The notes under the pieces are model-generated. The model ran no database searches. It saw nothing but the letters and a program-made list of their open reading frames with translations, and was not told where the DNA came from. The position numbers were made by a program, and so were the translations under genes. Positions 43,510 through 43,521 of a stretch of DNA of 43,521 nt are shown here, piece by piece. Source of the DNA: an uncultured Acidimicrobiales bacterium (lineage in GTDB: Bacteria > Actinomycetota > Acidimicrobiia > Acidimicrobiales > SHLQ01); contig CALBVR010000300.1 of assembly GCA_937969565.1 (NCBI GenBank), forward strand, positions 1 to 43,521, read 5' to 3'. The number at the start of each line of letters is the position of its first letter. The stretch's first letter is position 1.

Positions 43510-43521
43510 AGGGTGTGAGCG

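Noticed and set aside
1-43521. Search for mobile elements, prophage or defence islands, tRNA/rRNA genes and CRISPR arrays
   Set aside because: I recognised no integrase, transposase, recombinase, restriction-modification or Cas-like proteins. I saw no cloverleaf-like or rRNA-like segments and no long compositionally atypical block. Only short intergenic AT-richer patches were found.

Overview
This is a high-GC, actinobacterial-type chromosomal core segment of 43.5 kb, densely packed with about 50 CDS. No rRNA, tRNA, CRISPR array, transposase or integrase was recognised. Recognisable blocks run left to right as follows. (1) hflX(partial)-dapF-miaA-small ORF-miaB on the minus strand. (2) A small membrane ORF plus a bacterial-PH-domain membrane protein. 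(3) recA with two LexA (SOS) boxes, divergent from a ferritin-like di-iron gene. (4) An MFS efflux pump. (5) A PAS-GGDEF-EAL gene followed by a three-gene membrane / His-rich lipoprotein / polytopic membrane module. (6) Two Fe(II)/2OG dioxygenases divergent from an MFS transporter. (7) A cNMP-binding protein, a DUF1185-like protein, a poly-Thr lipoprotein and a DUF1330 protein. (8) The MoxR-DUF58-transglutaminase triad. (9) DUF3040, dinB, an inositol monophosphatase and mtrA-mtrB with a very short LpqB-like lipoprotein. (10) pfkA divergent from glpK, then an aminotransferase. (11) A long minus-strand run of start/stop-overlapped genes: queG, GT4 glycosyltransferase, membrane protein, SRPBCC, a degenerate SMC/ABC-like protein and a ROK kinase. 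(12) trpD, a coiled-coil NYN/YacP protein and a Cys-rich miniprotein. (13) A hexapeptide acetyltransferase and a rubrerythrin-like gene. I see no obvious defence island or mobile element; most of the window is housekeeping. The least explained signals are these. First, a duplicated bipartite palindromic element brackets a tiny membrane ORF next to the rubrerythrin gene (43004-43509). Second, a putative metal-handling module lies downstream of the c-di-GMP gene (11110-14048). Third, a P-loop-less SMC/ABC-like coiled-coil protein is translationally coupled to a ROK kinase that lacks the zinc-cysteine motif (34019-36156). Fourth, a ferritin-like gene shares the SOS-box region with recA. All functional calls rest on my own reading of the translated ORFs. 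No database search was run.
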